A DNA stretch of 64,000 nucleotides from an uncultured Flavobacteriaceae bacterium (GTDB lineage Bacteria; Bacteroidota; Bacteroidia; AKYH767-A; OLB10), in NCBI GenBank assembly GCA_964432885.1, contig CAYSPG010000012.1, positions 25,220 to 89,219 of the forward strand. The letters are read 5' to 3'. The position numbers and the translations under genes are program-made. Numbering within the stretch: position 1 is the first letter of the stretch; each line of letters starts with the position of its first letter. Below are positions 40,605 to 49,926 of the stretch, piece by piece. Below the pieces are notes generated by a model. The model was not told where the DNA came from. It saw only the letters and a list, made by a program, of their open reading frames with translations, and ran no database searches.

Positions 40605-41573
40605 TCAGAGAAGTGCAGCAATAATCTTCTCAACCGAAATACCATCGGCTTCGGCTTTGTAATTGCGAACAATGCGATGGCGTAAAATAGGTGTGGCAAC
40701 TGCTTTTACATCCTCTATATCAGGAGAAAATTTTCCGTTGATGGCTGCATGGCACTTTGCTCCCACCACCAAAAACTGGGATGCACGAGGGCCTGCTCCC
40801 CAGGCAACATACTCATTTACCATTTGAATGGAACTAACTGTATTAGGCCTTGTTTTAGCAGTAAGCGAAACAGCGTAATTCAAAACATTGTCGGGAACAG
40901 GAATTTTTCGAATTAAACCCTGGTAAAACAGTATTTCGTCAGCCGAAATAACTTTTGATGCCGATGACATGTTTTCGGCAGTGGTGTTTTTTACAATGGT
41001 AAGCTCTTCGGCTTGTGATGGGTAATCTAAAAACACATTAAACATAAACCTGTCGAGCTGCGCTTCGGGCAGCGGGTAGGTTCCCTCCTGCTCAATGGGG
41101 TTTTGTGTAGCCAGTACAAAAAACGGGTTACCTAGTTCAAAGCGCTTGCCGGCTACAGTAACCGAGCGCTCCTGCATTGCTTCTAATAAGGCGGCTTGTG
41201 TTTTGGGTGGGGTACGGTTTATTTCATCGGCCAGCACAATGTTGGCAAACACGGGGCCTTTTATAAAACGAAAGTGCCTGTTCTCGTCTAATATTTCTAT
41301 TCCGGTTATGTCACTCGGCATTAAATCGGGGGTAAACTGTATGCGGTTAAACGTTACACCCAGCGCCTGGGAAATGGTATTTACCAAAAGTGTTTTGGCC
41401 AAACCCGGTACACCCACCAGCAGGCAATGCCCTTTGCTGAATATTGAAATTAATACATCGCGCACCACCTCATCCTGCCCTACTATTACTTTTCCTATTT
41501 CGGCACGAAGTTTTTTATAGTTGTCAACTAAACTTTTTATTGCTTCAACGTCTGATGAAAATTGTTTGTCCAT
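40605..41573 (-). CDS. MoxR-family AAA+ ATPase
   Basis: Walker A GVPGLAKT, Walker B ILLADEINR, and MoxR-specific C-terminal region. Confidence 0.9.
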   Translation of the reverse strand: MDKQFSSDVEAIKSLVDNYKKLRAEIGKVIVGQDEVVRDVLISIFSKGHCLLVGVPGLAKTLLVNTISQALGVTFNRIQFTPDLMPSDITGIEILDENRHFRFIKGPVFANIVLADEINRTPPKTQAALLEAMQERSVTVAGKRFELGNPFFVLATQNPIEQEGTYPLPEAQLDRFMFNVFLDYPSQAEELTIVKNTTAENMSSASKVISADEILFYQGLIRKIPVPDNVLNYAVSLTAKTRPNTVSSIQMVNEYVAWGAGPRASQFLVVGAKCHAAINGKFSPDIEDVKAVATPILRHRIVRNYKAEADGISVEKIIAALL

Positions 41574-41630
41574 ACCAAAGGAGGTTTGCAGTTTACTTTT
41601 TGTGGTTTGCAGATTATGGTTTGCGGCTAA
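41574..41630 (-). promoter_or_regulatory. 5' leader with GCAAACC heptad-lattice repeats abutting the MoxR AUG
   Basis: mRNA sense reads GCCGCAAACCATAATCTGCAAACCACAAAAAGTAAACTGCAAACCTCCTTTGGT-AUG; GCAAACC at offsets 0, 14 and 35 (multiples of 7). Confidence 0.4.
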
Positions 41631-41667
41631 TTAAATTTAAACTACAAACGTTACATCTTAAACCATT

Positions 41668-43047
41668 TTAATTAATCCACTTTTTTAAATCATCGCAAAG
41701 TACAAAGTCTTTGCTTAGTTGTATATAAGTTGTTTTCTTTTTTCGGGTTACCCATTCGTCAAGCAAACGGTTTTGTTTTGTTTGCATGGCTGCTGTTTGT
41801 ATTCGCTGATAATCATCTACCAGGTTCGCAACGTGAGGTGTGGTTCGTTTTTTAAGATAAAATATTTTATACGACTGTGTTCCGTCTTTTTCGGTAATAA
41901 GTGCCGGGGTTGAAATTTCGCCTTCTTTAAGTTTATCAAGTTGAAAAAACACCATGGCATCTACCTGGCTTGTTTCAAACCGGGTGTTGCCCGATTGTGG
42001 ATTAACCACATTGCCGCCATTAAGTTTTGTTTGCTCATCAGCCGAATATTTTATGGCAGCATCATCAAATGTAATTTCGCCAGCACGTATTTTATAGGCA
42101 ATACTATCTGCTTGAGTTTTGGATTTTAATAAATCTTCGCTGCCAACAACAGGTTTTAATAAGATGTGACGTACATTAATCTGTTCGCCTCTTCTATCAA
42201 TCATTTGTATGATGTGGTAACCAAACTTTGTTTCAACAATTTCTGAGAGTTCGCCTTTTTTTAGTTTAAAAGCTGCAGCTTCAAACTCGGGTACGTATTG
42301 CCCGCGGGGTACAAATCCTAATTCGCCACCATCCTTGGCTGTACCCTTATCATCCGAATACAATACCGCAAGGGTTGCAAACTCCTCGCCTTTCAAAATT
42401 CTTTGACGCAATTCGGTTAAGCGATTGCGCACCGCTTGCTTCTCTTCATTGCTTATGTTTATTTTACTTGCAATTTCAGCATACTCAATTTCTGAGTTTA
42501 TAAACGGTAAACTGTCTTTGGGTATGCTGTTATAAAACTCCTTAACCTCGGCAGGTGAGGCTGTGGCTTTGCCAGTAATCTTTTGCTGCATGGCCTGTGC
42601 CTGCATTTGTTCTTTTATCAGGGGTTTAAATTCGTCTTTAATTTCGGGAATTGATTTTTGGTAGTACTCTTCCAACTTTTCAGTTTGGCCGCCAAATTGC
42701 TCAACAAAATAATTAATGCGCTTGTCAAGTTCACTTTCAACCTGTGCATCGCTTACCTCTACACTGTCAAGTATTGCGTAATGAACCAATAGTTTTGAAA
42801 GCAATAATTGGTCAAGCACATCGCAGCGCACTGCATTGCTGCCGTAATTGCCCTGGCCAAGGTACTGTTGGTACTGCTGCTCTAAGTCCGACAGCATTAC
42901 AATGTTATTACCCACAACTCCCACCACTTGATCAATTACATTTTGCGGTTGTGCTAAAGCAGGTATGCTTATCGTTAAAAATAAACTGGCTGTAAAAATT
43001 TTATTTTGAATACACTTCAAAGTCATTGTTTTTTTGTGCTTGTTCAA
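41668..43047 (-). CDS. Periplasmic parvulin-type peptidyl-prolyl isomerase / chaperone (SurA-like)
   Basis: Signal peptide; SurA_N-like region; two rotamase motifs (GYHIIQ.., HILLKP). Confidence 0.8.
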   Translation of the reverse strand: MNKHKKTMTLKCIQNKIFTASLFLTISIPALAQPQNVIDQVVGVVGNNIVMLSDLEQQYQQYLGQGNYGSNAVRCDVLDQLLLSKLLVHYAILDSVEVSDAQVESELDKRINYFVEQFGGQTEKLEEYYQKSIPEIKDEFKPLIKEQMQAQAMQQKITGKATASPAEVKEFYNSIPKDSLPFINSEIEYAEIASKINISNEEKQAVRNRLTELRQRILKGEEFATLAVLYSDDKGTAKDGGELGFVPRGQYVPEFEAAAFKLKKGELSEIVETKFGYHIIQMIDRRGEQINVRHILLKPVVGSEDLLKSKTQADSIAYKIRAGEITFDDAAIKYSADEQTKLNGGNVVNPQSGNTRFETSQVDAMVFFQLDKLKEGEISTPALITEKDGTQSYKIFYLKKRTTPHVANLVDDYQRIQTAAMQTKQNRLLDEWVTRKKKTTYIQLSKDFVLCDDLKKWIN

Positions 43048-43825
43048 AAGCTGCCTGCTGCATTTGCTGTATCAGTTCAAGCTTTCGTTTATTAATAATA
43101 AGGGCTTTAATGTTTTCTCTTTCAAAATCAAGTGGCGACATGGTTTCTTTAATCTGAAAGTCGGCAATGTTAACAAAATAAACATTTGCCGAATCGGTAA
43201 TTTCTATAAAGCGGTTGTTCTGTAAAAAGGCTTCTTTATCATACGTTTTTATAGGAACTTTTTTAAGTAAATCGTCAAACAGCATCCAGTTGCTGTGATC
43301 AAGCAGGTAATCAATGCAGTACTGGTGGCAATATTCCTCAAGCTGCCGCTTGTCTTTATCAGCATTTGACCGCATCCATTTTTTTGCCTTTTCAATTTTA
43401 GGCGCTTTATTATTTACTTTTAAAAATGTTGCTTTAATGATGTTGTCTTTCAGTAAAAAATTTTTTTGATGTTCGGTATAGTATTTTCCTATTTCGTTTT
43501 CGGTAACTGTGGTATCAAGCCGCTGCCGCACCAACTCTTTTTCATAAATAAATGTGATTAACGAATTGCGGTACTCCTTTAATTGCTGCTCAACATTTTT
43601 CTGCTCTTCAACCAGGTTTACTTCAGCTTTATGCAAAACCACATTTTGCTTTATCCAGTCTTCAATAAAGTTTTTTACTATCATCATGCTATCCTGTTTA
43701 GACGCATTTTTTGGAACCAAACTTGCAAGTTCGTGTTTGTATAAGTACTTATCGTAAGCGCGGGCTACGGCATTTTGCTTTTCGGTGTCAGATGAAGGAA
43801 AATATTTGCACGATGCCATTACCAT
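43001..43825 (-). CDS. Hypothetical periplasmic or lipoprotein of the SurA-N-like chaperone neighbourhood; start ambiguous (43825, 43819 or 43930)
   Basis: Lys/Glu-rich helical protein without a rotamase domain. The 43930 start would read through a perfect 22-bp palindrome, so an internal start is preferred. Confidence 0.45.
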   Translation of the reverse strand: MVMASCKYFPSSDTEKQNAVARAYDKYLYKHELASLVPKNASKQDSMMIVKNFIEDWIKQNVVLHKAEVNLVEEQKNVEQQLKEYRNSLITFIYEKELVRQRLDTTVTENEIGKYYTEHQKNFLLKDNIIKATFLKVNNKAPKIEKAKKWMRSNADKDKRQLEEYCHQYCIDYLLDHSNWMLFDDLLKKVPIKTYDKEAFLQNNRFIEITDSANVYFVNIADFQIKETMSPLDFERENIKALIINKRKLELIQQMQQAAFEQAQKNNDFEVYSK

Positions 43826-43853
43826 AAATAACACATGGATATAAAAAAGTTTT

Positions 43854-43909
43854 GCGTTTAGTGTTTTAAGTTTAGGTTGGGCTAACACTAAACTTAAAAC
43901 ACTAAACGC
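43854..43909 (-). terminator. Very stable hairpin (22-bp perfect stem plus 3 further pairs) between two chaperone genes; terminator or attenuator
   Basis: GCGTTTAGTGTTTTAAGTTTAG-gttgggctaaca-CTAAACTTAAAACACTAAACGC; on the minus strand it is followed by AAAACTTTTTTAT. Confidence 0.55.
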
Positions 43910-43933
43910 AGAACTCAATAACTGCAACACGAA

Positions 43934-45883
43934 TTATTTATAAACTGTTTTTAAAACGGCTTCGTCAACACTTACCGGATACTTTTTGCGCAACTCATCA
44001 ATCCATGATTTTTCAAGATATGTTTGATAGTCGGCTGTAATTAATCCCTTGGCTTCGTCAAGCGATTTGGGTGCCGGAGCCAGTTTGGTGCGAACGTTTA
44101 TAAAAATGGTTTGATTGTTTTTGTTCATATCGGCAGTTATGCCGGGTGTCCATTCAATGCCATCAATGATATCGTTATCGCCTTTGCTAAACAGCGCTGT
44201 TTTTATGTTTACATTTAATGATGAATCTTTATTTATCTCAGCGGCTATGTCAGCATCTTTATTTCCTTTTTTAACCATTTTGCGCACCTTGGTTGCTATG
44301 CCTGTATTGGCACACGAATAGATGGTGGCATCCAAACGATCGCCCCACATATAGTTGCCTTTATTCTTATCATAAAACGCTGCCAATCCTGCCGAGTCTT
44401 TTACGGCTTTGCTCCACACCATTTTATCGGTAAGATCAAACAGCAAAATACCATCACGGTACTCCTGCATTAATGATTTAAACTCGGGGTACTTTTTATC
44501 CAGCATTGATTCTTCAAGGGCAATACACGATTCTTCTACAAACTGATTGTACTGTGTATATGCAACCGCTTGCGAGTTTGAGTTATTGTGTTTTACCTGG
44601 TGTTTCATCAAAAAGGTAGCAAAATCTTTTTGCGTATATGTTTTTGAGCCAAGTGTAAACAGCGGTTTGGTCATGCCCATAGCGCTGCTGTCATTATAGG
44701 TTCCGTTTACAAGCGAACTGTCAAGCGATTTGATAAAAGCGTCTTTGTTCAGGGGTGTTTCTTTAAACCCGTTTTCTTTTTTTATTCGGTTTACCAATGA
44801 TGTTTTTCCTATTTCGGAACGGCTGTCGCGGGTAATAGCTGCTTTAAGTTCGGCTTTCTTTTCTTCAAAAGAGGGCAATGCACGTTTTTCCAATCGCTTA
44901 ATGATGTGCCATCCATAAGCCGACTTAATGGGTTCAGAAATATCGCCATCATTTTTTAATGCAAATGCGGCCTTTTCAAATTCGGGAACCATGCGGCCTG
45001 TTCCAAACCAGGGCAATGCTCCGCCTGTTTTTGCCGAGCCTTTATCTTCTGTATATTGTGCTACCAGGTCGTCCCACTTTTCGCCTGCTTTAACTTTAGC
45101 ATATATATCGTCAATTCTTCGTTTTGCTTCCAACTCAACTGAGTCGGCATCGTTGGCTGTTGATTTTATCATGATATGTGCGGCATGAATTTCGCCAACT
45201 GCAGGGCGCACATCTTCAACGCGTATTATATGATAACCAAAGCGTGTGCGCACAGGCATCGAAATTTGTCCGGGCTTGGTATTAAAGGCAACCGTTTCAA
45301 ACGGATAAACCATTTGCATGCCGGTAAAGTAGCCCAAATCGCCACTGTTTTCTTTTGCCGAGGGGTCATCGCTACTGTCTTTTGCCATCTTGTAAAAATC
45401 GGCACCTTTTACAAGTTTCTCGCGAATGCGAATGGCTTTGTTATAAGCAGCAAGCGTATCTTTGGGCAATGCGTCCTGCGCTACTTTTATAAGTACATGG
45501 GTGGCTCTAACATCTTTCTGTAAGCGGTCATACGCTTCTTTAACTAAGTTTTCGTTTACATCCTTATCGGTAAGGTATGGCTGTGCCAACTGTTTGCGGT
45601 AGCCGGTAAGTTCGGTAACAAATGCTTCGGAAGTATCCATCTTTAAGGCTTCGGCCTCTTTTACCTTTAGCTTATAGTTTATGTAAAGTTCAAGATACTC
45701 GCGTACCGACTTTTGGTCGTTGCTGTTTTCTTTGTTATTGTTTTTGTAAAATACCCGTTCAAATTCAGTTTTCGAAATTTTATCACCGGCAACCGTAAGC
45801 AGGGTTTGCTCCTGGGCGTTTACGGTAACGGCAAAAGCTGTGGCTAACAGGCAGGCGTTTAGTTTTTTGTAAAACATGTTCAT
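43934..45883 (-). CDS. Parvulin-type peptidyl-prolyl isomerase (PpiD/SurA-like)
   Basis: Signal peptide MNMFYKKLNACLLATAFAVTVNAQ; two rotamase domains (ATHVLIK.., GYHIIRVE.., AAHIMIK.., GWHIIKRLE); ORF-track N-terminal extension rejected. Confidence 0.8.
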   Translation of the reverse strand: MNMFYKKLNACLLATAFAVTVNAQEQTLLTVAGDKISKTEFERVFYKNNNKENSNDQKSVREYLELYINYKLKVKEAEALKMDTSEAFVTELTGYRKQLAQPYLTDKDVNENLVKEAYDRLQKDVRATHVLIKVAQDALPKDTLAAYNKAIRIREKLVKGADFYKMAKDSSDDPSAKENSGDLGYFTGMQMVYPFETVAFNTKPGQISMPVRTRFGYHIIRVEDVRPAVGEIHAAHIMIKSTANDADSVELEAKRRIDDIYAKVKAGEKWDDLVAQYTEDKGSAKTGGALPWFGTGRMVPEFEKAAFALKNDGDISEPIKSAYGWHIIKRLEKRALPSFEEKKAELKAAITRDSRSEIGKTSLVNRIKKENGFKETPLNKDAFIKSLDSSLVNGTYNDSSAMGMTKPLFTLGSKTYTQKDFATFLMKHQVKHNNSNSQAVAYTQYNQFVEESCIALEESMLDKKYPEFKSLMQEYRDGILLFDLTDKMVWSKAVKDSAGLAAFYDKNKGNYMWGDRLDATIYSCANTGIATKVRKMVKKGNKDADIAAEINKDSSLNVNIKTALFSKGDNDIIDGIEWTPGITADMNKNNQTIFINVRTKLAPAPKSLDEAKGLITADYQTYLEKSWIDELRKKYPVSVDEAVLKTVYK

Positions 45884-46089
45884 AATTAGTGTATGATTTT
45901 TTTTAGGGATGGCAAATGTATGGAAAAGTTTGTGGTTTAAGCTTGGCATTTTTTTGTGGATTATACCATTGAAATGGCCCGGATGCCTAAGCATCTTTTG
46001 CAATTGGCCGGGCGAATGTAAAAAGCCCTGTGTGAATGAGAAATGAAAAGGAAACAAACCCTGCAAGCCTTAAAAAAAATGTTTTTTTG

Positions 46090-46370
46090 CTTGAATAATG
46101 AGTATAAGGACTGACAGAATTTTTTTTAAAGGACAAAATGCGTTGTTTTTGTGACAGAATCATTTGTTTTTGTGATAGAGCGAGATGTTTTATTATAGAA
46201 TAATGTTATACCACCATTCCATGATTTCGCTTTATGGCAGAATTATTTGCTGCCACCATAAAAACACATGCTTTTGCCACAGCAAGATGTGCTGCCGATA
46301 TTTCATGATTTTACATTAAGACAGAGTCATGTGCTGCTGTTGTCAAAATAAATCCATCTAATATTAAAAA
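46090..46370. repeat. Field of degenerate ~21-bp tandem repeats (core TTTTTGTGACAGAAT..TG)
   Basis: About 7 units, e.g. TTTTTGTGACAGAATCATTTG / TTTTTGTGATAGAGCGAGATG / ..TATGGCAGAATTATTTG.. / ..GCCACAGCAAGATGTG.. / ..AAGACAGAGTCATGTG.. Confidence 0.5.
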
Positions 46371-46433
46371 ATAGCTACTCAAGCTAATGTCGCCACTGCC
46401 AACCTGATATATTGACTTTACTACCTTAGCCGC

Positions 46434-47087
46434 GTGAGCATTATACTTAAAGGCATTTATAAAAACTACGGCACCCTGCAGGTGTTAAAAGGAATAGATT
46501 TGGAAATAAGTCCATCAGAGGTGGTTGCGATAGTGGGGCCATCGGGGGCGGGTAAGTCAACGCTGCTGCATATTTTAGGAACTATTGACGAACCCGACCA
46601 AGGCCACATTACCATTAACAACACCGATGTGCAAAAGCTATCAGCAAAAAAACTTGCGGCATTTCGTAATCAAAATATTGGTTTTGTTTTTCAGTTTCAT
46701 CATTTGCTTGCTGAATTTACGGCATTAGAAAACACCATGATTCCGGCATTTATAGCCGGCAAGCCAAAAAAAGAAACCATAGAAAAGGCAAAAGAGTTGC
46801 TTACTTACTTAAAACTTGAACATCGCCTGCATCATAAACCGGCCGAGCTATCGGGTGGCGAGCAGCAGCGGGTGGCTGTGGCGCGTGCGCTGATAAACAA
46901 TCCGCCTTTTATCTTGGCCGATGAACCATCGGGCAACCTTGACAGCGGCAATGCAACCGATTTACACCATCTATTTTTTGAACTACGCAACAGGTTTAAA
47001 CATACCTTTGTAATAGTAACACATAACCCTGAACTGGCTCAAATGGCCGACAGAAAAATTACCATGCGCGATGGCAGGCTGGTGTAG
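46434..47087 (+). CDS. ABC transporter ATP-binding protein, LolD/FtsE-like
   Basis: Walker [10 protein letters not shown], signature [15 protein letters not shown], Walker [12 protein letters not shown]. Confidence 0.85.
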   Translation: MSIILKGIYKNYGTLQVLKGIDLEISPSEVVAIVGPSGAGKSTLLHILGTIDEPDQGHITINNTDVQKLSAKKLAAFRNQNIGFVFQFHHLLAEFTALENTMIPAFIAGKPKKETIEKAKELLTYLKLEHRLHHKPAELSGGEQQRVAVARALINNPPFILADEPSGNLDSGNATDLHHLFFELRNRFKHTFVIVTHNPELAQMADRKITMRDGRLV

Positions 47088-47106
47088 GTTTTAAAGGCTG
47101 GCGCTT

Positions 47107-48234
47107 TTATTTTTTAAAGTATGTGGCATTTACTTCATCCCATGTGGGAAAATCATTATGATGCCACATGTTTATTACCGTACCTTTTTTAAGAAGCAGC
47201 AAACCCGGGTTTGAGCGCACAATGGTTTTTAAGGCAGTGCCATCGCAAAAATAATAGTCAAACATGTTTTGATTCTCATGACGGAACAAATCGGTTTCAT
47301 TTGGTGCTGTAGAGGTAATACCAAAAAACTGAATTTTGTTTTTATCACATTGCGCTACAAGCTCGTTAATTTTTTTCTGCACACCACTGTTTGTTTTCTT
47401 TAAATCATAGGCCACCAGCATAAAGGAGTAGTTGGGGTTGGTTAAAAAATCTTCGGTATAGTCCGAGCCCGCTGCATCTACAATGGCAAAGTCATGTATT
47501 TTGGGTTTATCGCCTTCACGTACAATTTTATCAATACGGTCAACGTATTCGTAATCGTCTAAATTTTCGGGCAGGCCATCTACAGTAAACTCTTTTATGG
47601 TGCCATCTTTTTTGTCTTTGTATTTAAACATAATCACGACACTATCGGTAACAGCACCGGGGGGCAACGTCATACCCTGCTGTATGTTGTTGCCAATGGC
47701 ATAGGGTCTAAAGTCAATGTACGGTAAGTGAGCATACGTTTTATAGGTAAACAGCACCGATGCCACCACCGATGCGTAAACAGTTATGCGCGCAAATTTT
47801 AGCGAGATTAGTGGTTGAATTTTATTGCGCCACATAAATATGGGTAATATCAAAACAAGCAATGCAATATCTTTGCCAAACGACTCCCATGGTTTCAGGT
47901 GCAATGCATCGCCAAAGCATCCGCAGTCTTTTACCACATCAAAGTAAGCCGAGTAAAAAGTAAGAAATGTAAAAAACACAATCATAAGCAGCAGAAGCCA
48001 GGTAACCATGTTCATCCTCCACCCCACCAATGTGGCAAAGCCCAGCACAATTTCCAGCACACAAATAAATTGTGCCAACGCCACCGATACGGCACTCATA
48101 AACGGAATGCCAAACACCATAAAGTATTCATCCAGTTTATAACTAAACCCAAGTGTATCGTTGGCTTTTATAAAGCCCGATATGATAAATAAAACACCTA
48201 CTAAGATGCGGCAAAGAATTACAATGTATTTCAT
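47107..48234 (-). CDS. Fusion membrane protein: N-terminal DoxX/MauE-like domain (DCGCFG motif) plus C-terminal thioredoxin-like domain
   Basis: 4 TM helices with a VKDCGCFGD motif, then a ~200-aa soluble domain with an alpha/beta pattern; the family name is from memory. Confidence 0.45.
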   Translation of the reverse strand: MKYIVILCRILVGVLFIISGFIKANDTLGFSYKLDEYFMVFGIPFMSAVSVALAQFICVLEIVLGFATLVGWRMNMVTWLLLLMIVFFTFLTFYSAYFDVVKDCGCFGDALHLKPWESFGKDIALLVLILPIFMWRNKIQPLISLKFARITVYASVVASVLFTYKTYAHLPYIDFRPYAIGNNIQQGMTLPPGAVTDSVVIMFKYKDKKDGTIKEFTVDGLPENLDDYEYVDRIDKIVREGDKPKIHDFAIVDAAGSDYTEDFLTNPNYSFMLVAYDLKKTNSGVQKKINELVAQCDKNKIQFFGITSTAPNETDLFRHENQNMFDYYFCDGTALKTIVRSNPGLLLLKKGTVINMWHHNDFPTWDEVNATYFKK

Positions 48235-48246
48235 TATGATAATTAT

Positions 48247-48789
48247 TTACGATTTCTCATCTATTCGTATTAAAGCAAACATGGCATAGTTAATCATGTC
48301 GTAATAGTTTGCTTCGAGCCCTTCAGAAATGATGGTTTGTCCTTTGTTATCTTCAATTTGTTTGATGCGTAAAATTTTCATCATAATTAAATCGGTAATG
48401 GAACTTACACGCATCTGCCTCCACGCCTCGTCATAATCATGATTTTTATTTTCCATCAGTTTTTTTGCAATAACAATGTGTTTGTCAAAATGTTTTTTGC
48501 CTTCGTCAAGCGATAAATGCAAATTGCCCTGCAAGCTAAGCTCAAGTTGCGTAAGCGCAATTACTGCATAATTTATAATGCCGATAAACTCATCGCGTAC
48601 ACCGTCTTCTACCATCTGTGTGCCTTTTTCTTCAATGCTGCGTATGCGTTGTGTTTTTATAAAAATTTGGTCGGTAATTGAACTGGGCCTTAACACCCGC
48701 CACGCACTGCCATAATCTTTCATCTTATTGATAAAAATATCTTTGCAGGCAGTAACTGCCGTATCGTATTGCTTTGCTGTTTGGGTCAT
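48247..48789 (-). CDS. DUF1599 domain protein (two tandem DUF1599 repeats)
   Basis: Internal duplication (YGSAWRVLRPSSITDQIFIKTQRIRSIEE / YDEAWRQMRVSSITDLIMMKILRIKQIED); divergent from folP as commonly seen in Bacteroidota. Confidence 0.75.
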   Translation of the reverse strand: MTQTAKQYDTAVTACKDIFINKMKDYGSAWRVLRPSSITDQIFIKTQRIRSIEEKGTQMVEDGVRDEFIGIINYAVIALTQLELSLQGNLHLSLDEGKKHFDKHIVIAKKLMENKNHDYDEAWRQMRVSSITDLIMMKILRIKQIEDNKGQTIISEGLEANYYDMINYAMFALIRIDEKS

Positions 48790-48826
48790 TGAAGAAGGTT
48801 CAAGGTTTGAGGTTTAAAGTTTGTGT
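48790..48826 (-). promoter_or_regulatory. 5' leader with four tandem heptads abutting the DUF1599 AUG
   Basis: mRNA sense reads CACAAACTTTAAACCTCAAACCTTGAACCTTCTTCA-AUG. Confidence 0.45.
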
Positions 48827-48837
48827 AACTCAATAGC

Positions 48838-48876
48838 ATCACATTATCAAATTATCATATCATCACATTATCAAAT
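48838..48876. repeat. Direct repeat ATCACATTATCAAAT x2 (24-bp spacing) in the DUF1599/folP divergent promoter region
   Basis: Copies at 48838-48852 and 48862-48876, flanked by ATCAT/ATCAC iterations. Confidence 0.6.
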
Positions 48877-48894
48877 CACCACATCATCACTCCA

Positions 48895-49707
48895 ATGCAA
48901 TTAAACTGCCGAGGCACATTACTTGATTTATCATTACCCAAAGTAATGGGCATTTTAAATATTACACCCGATAGTTTTTTTGACGGTGGCAAATATATTG
49001 ATGAGGAATCAATTTTACGGCAGGTGCAATTAATGTTAAATGAAGGAGCCGGTATTATTGATATTGGCGCAGCATCTTCAAGGCCGGGCGCTGCAGAAGT
49101 TACTGCTGAGCAAGAGTTAGAAAGATTGATGCCGGCTTTGCAGGCTATTGTAAAAAATTTTCCTCATGCAATTATTTCGGTTGATACATATAGGGCAAGT
49201 GTGGCCGAAAAAGTTTTACAAGCAGGGGCTCACATTATTAATGACATTACATCAGGCAGCGATAAAAAAATGCTTGATGTGGTATCAGCATACAAAGCGC
49301 CTTATGTATTAATGCACATGCAGGGCACACCACAAACCATGCAGCAAAATCCTGCCTATGTAAATGTTGTTAAAGAAGTTCTTGCCTTTTTTGTTTCTAA
49401 AATTGAAACTACAAAACAAGCAGGAATTACCGATGTGATTTTAGATGTTGGTTTTGGATTTGGAAAAACTGTTGAGCATAACTTTGAATTGCTAAAACAT
49501 CTTGATGTATTTAAAATTACCGGCATGCCTATGCTTGCAGGCTTATCGCGCAAAAGCATGATTTGCAAAACGCTTAACATAAAACCTGCCGATGCGCTTA
49601 ACGGAACCACAGCGCTTAACATGGTTGCATTAATGCATGGCGCTAAAATTTTGCGTGTACACGATGTAAAGGCGGCCGTGGAATGTTGCAGGCTGCATAA
49701 TTTCTAA
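48895..49707 (+). CDS. folP: Dihydropteroate synthase
   Basis: N-terminus MQLNCRGTLLDLSLPKVMGILNITPDSFFDGG is collinear with E. coli FolP (MKLFAQGTSLDLSHPHVMGILNVTPDSFSDGG); pterin-binding motifs present. Confidence 0.92.
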   Translation: MQLNCRGTLLDLSLPKVMGILNITPDSFFDGGKYIDEESILRQVQLMLNEGAGIIDIGAASSRPGAAEVTAEQELERLMPALQAIVKNFPHAIISVDTYRASVAEKVLQAGAHIINDITSGSDKKMLDVVSAYKAPYVLMHMQGTPQTMQQNPAYVNVVKEVLAFFVSKIETTKQAGITDVILDVGFGFGKTVEHNFELLKHLDVFKITGMPMLAGLSRKSMICKTLNIKPADALNGTTALNMVALMHGAKILRVHDVKAAVECCRLHNF

Positions 49708-49739
49708 TCCTAAAAACATTTTTATTCATTTTTATTAAG

Positions 49740-49765
49740 CCGGCAGCAGTACTGCCTTTTTTTTA
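49740..49765 (+). terminator. Rho-independent terminator of folP
   Basis: GGCAG-cagta-CTGCC followed by T8. Confidence 0.6.
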
Positions 49766-49926
49766 TTTCAACTACTTCGATAACATGTGTTAACCAAATC
49801 AATATTCCCCGCCCAAAAAAACATAAGTAAAAATATTACAGACTAATAGTTTAAAATTTTTATCCCCTCAGCAAAATCGTTTGCTAAACACATCTCACTA
49901 TCTTTGCCATCTCATTTCTAAATTAA

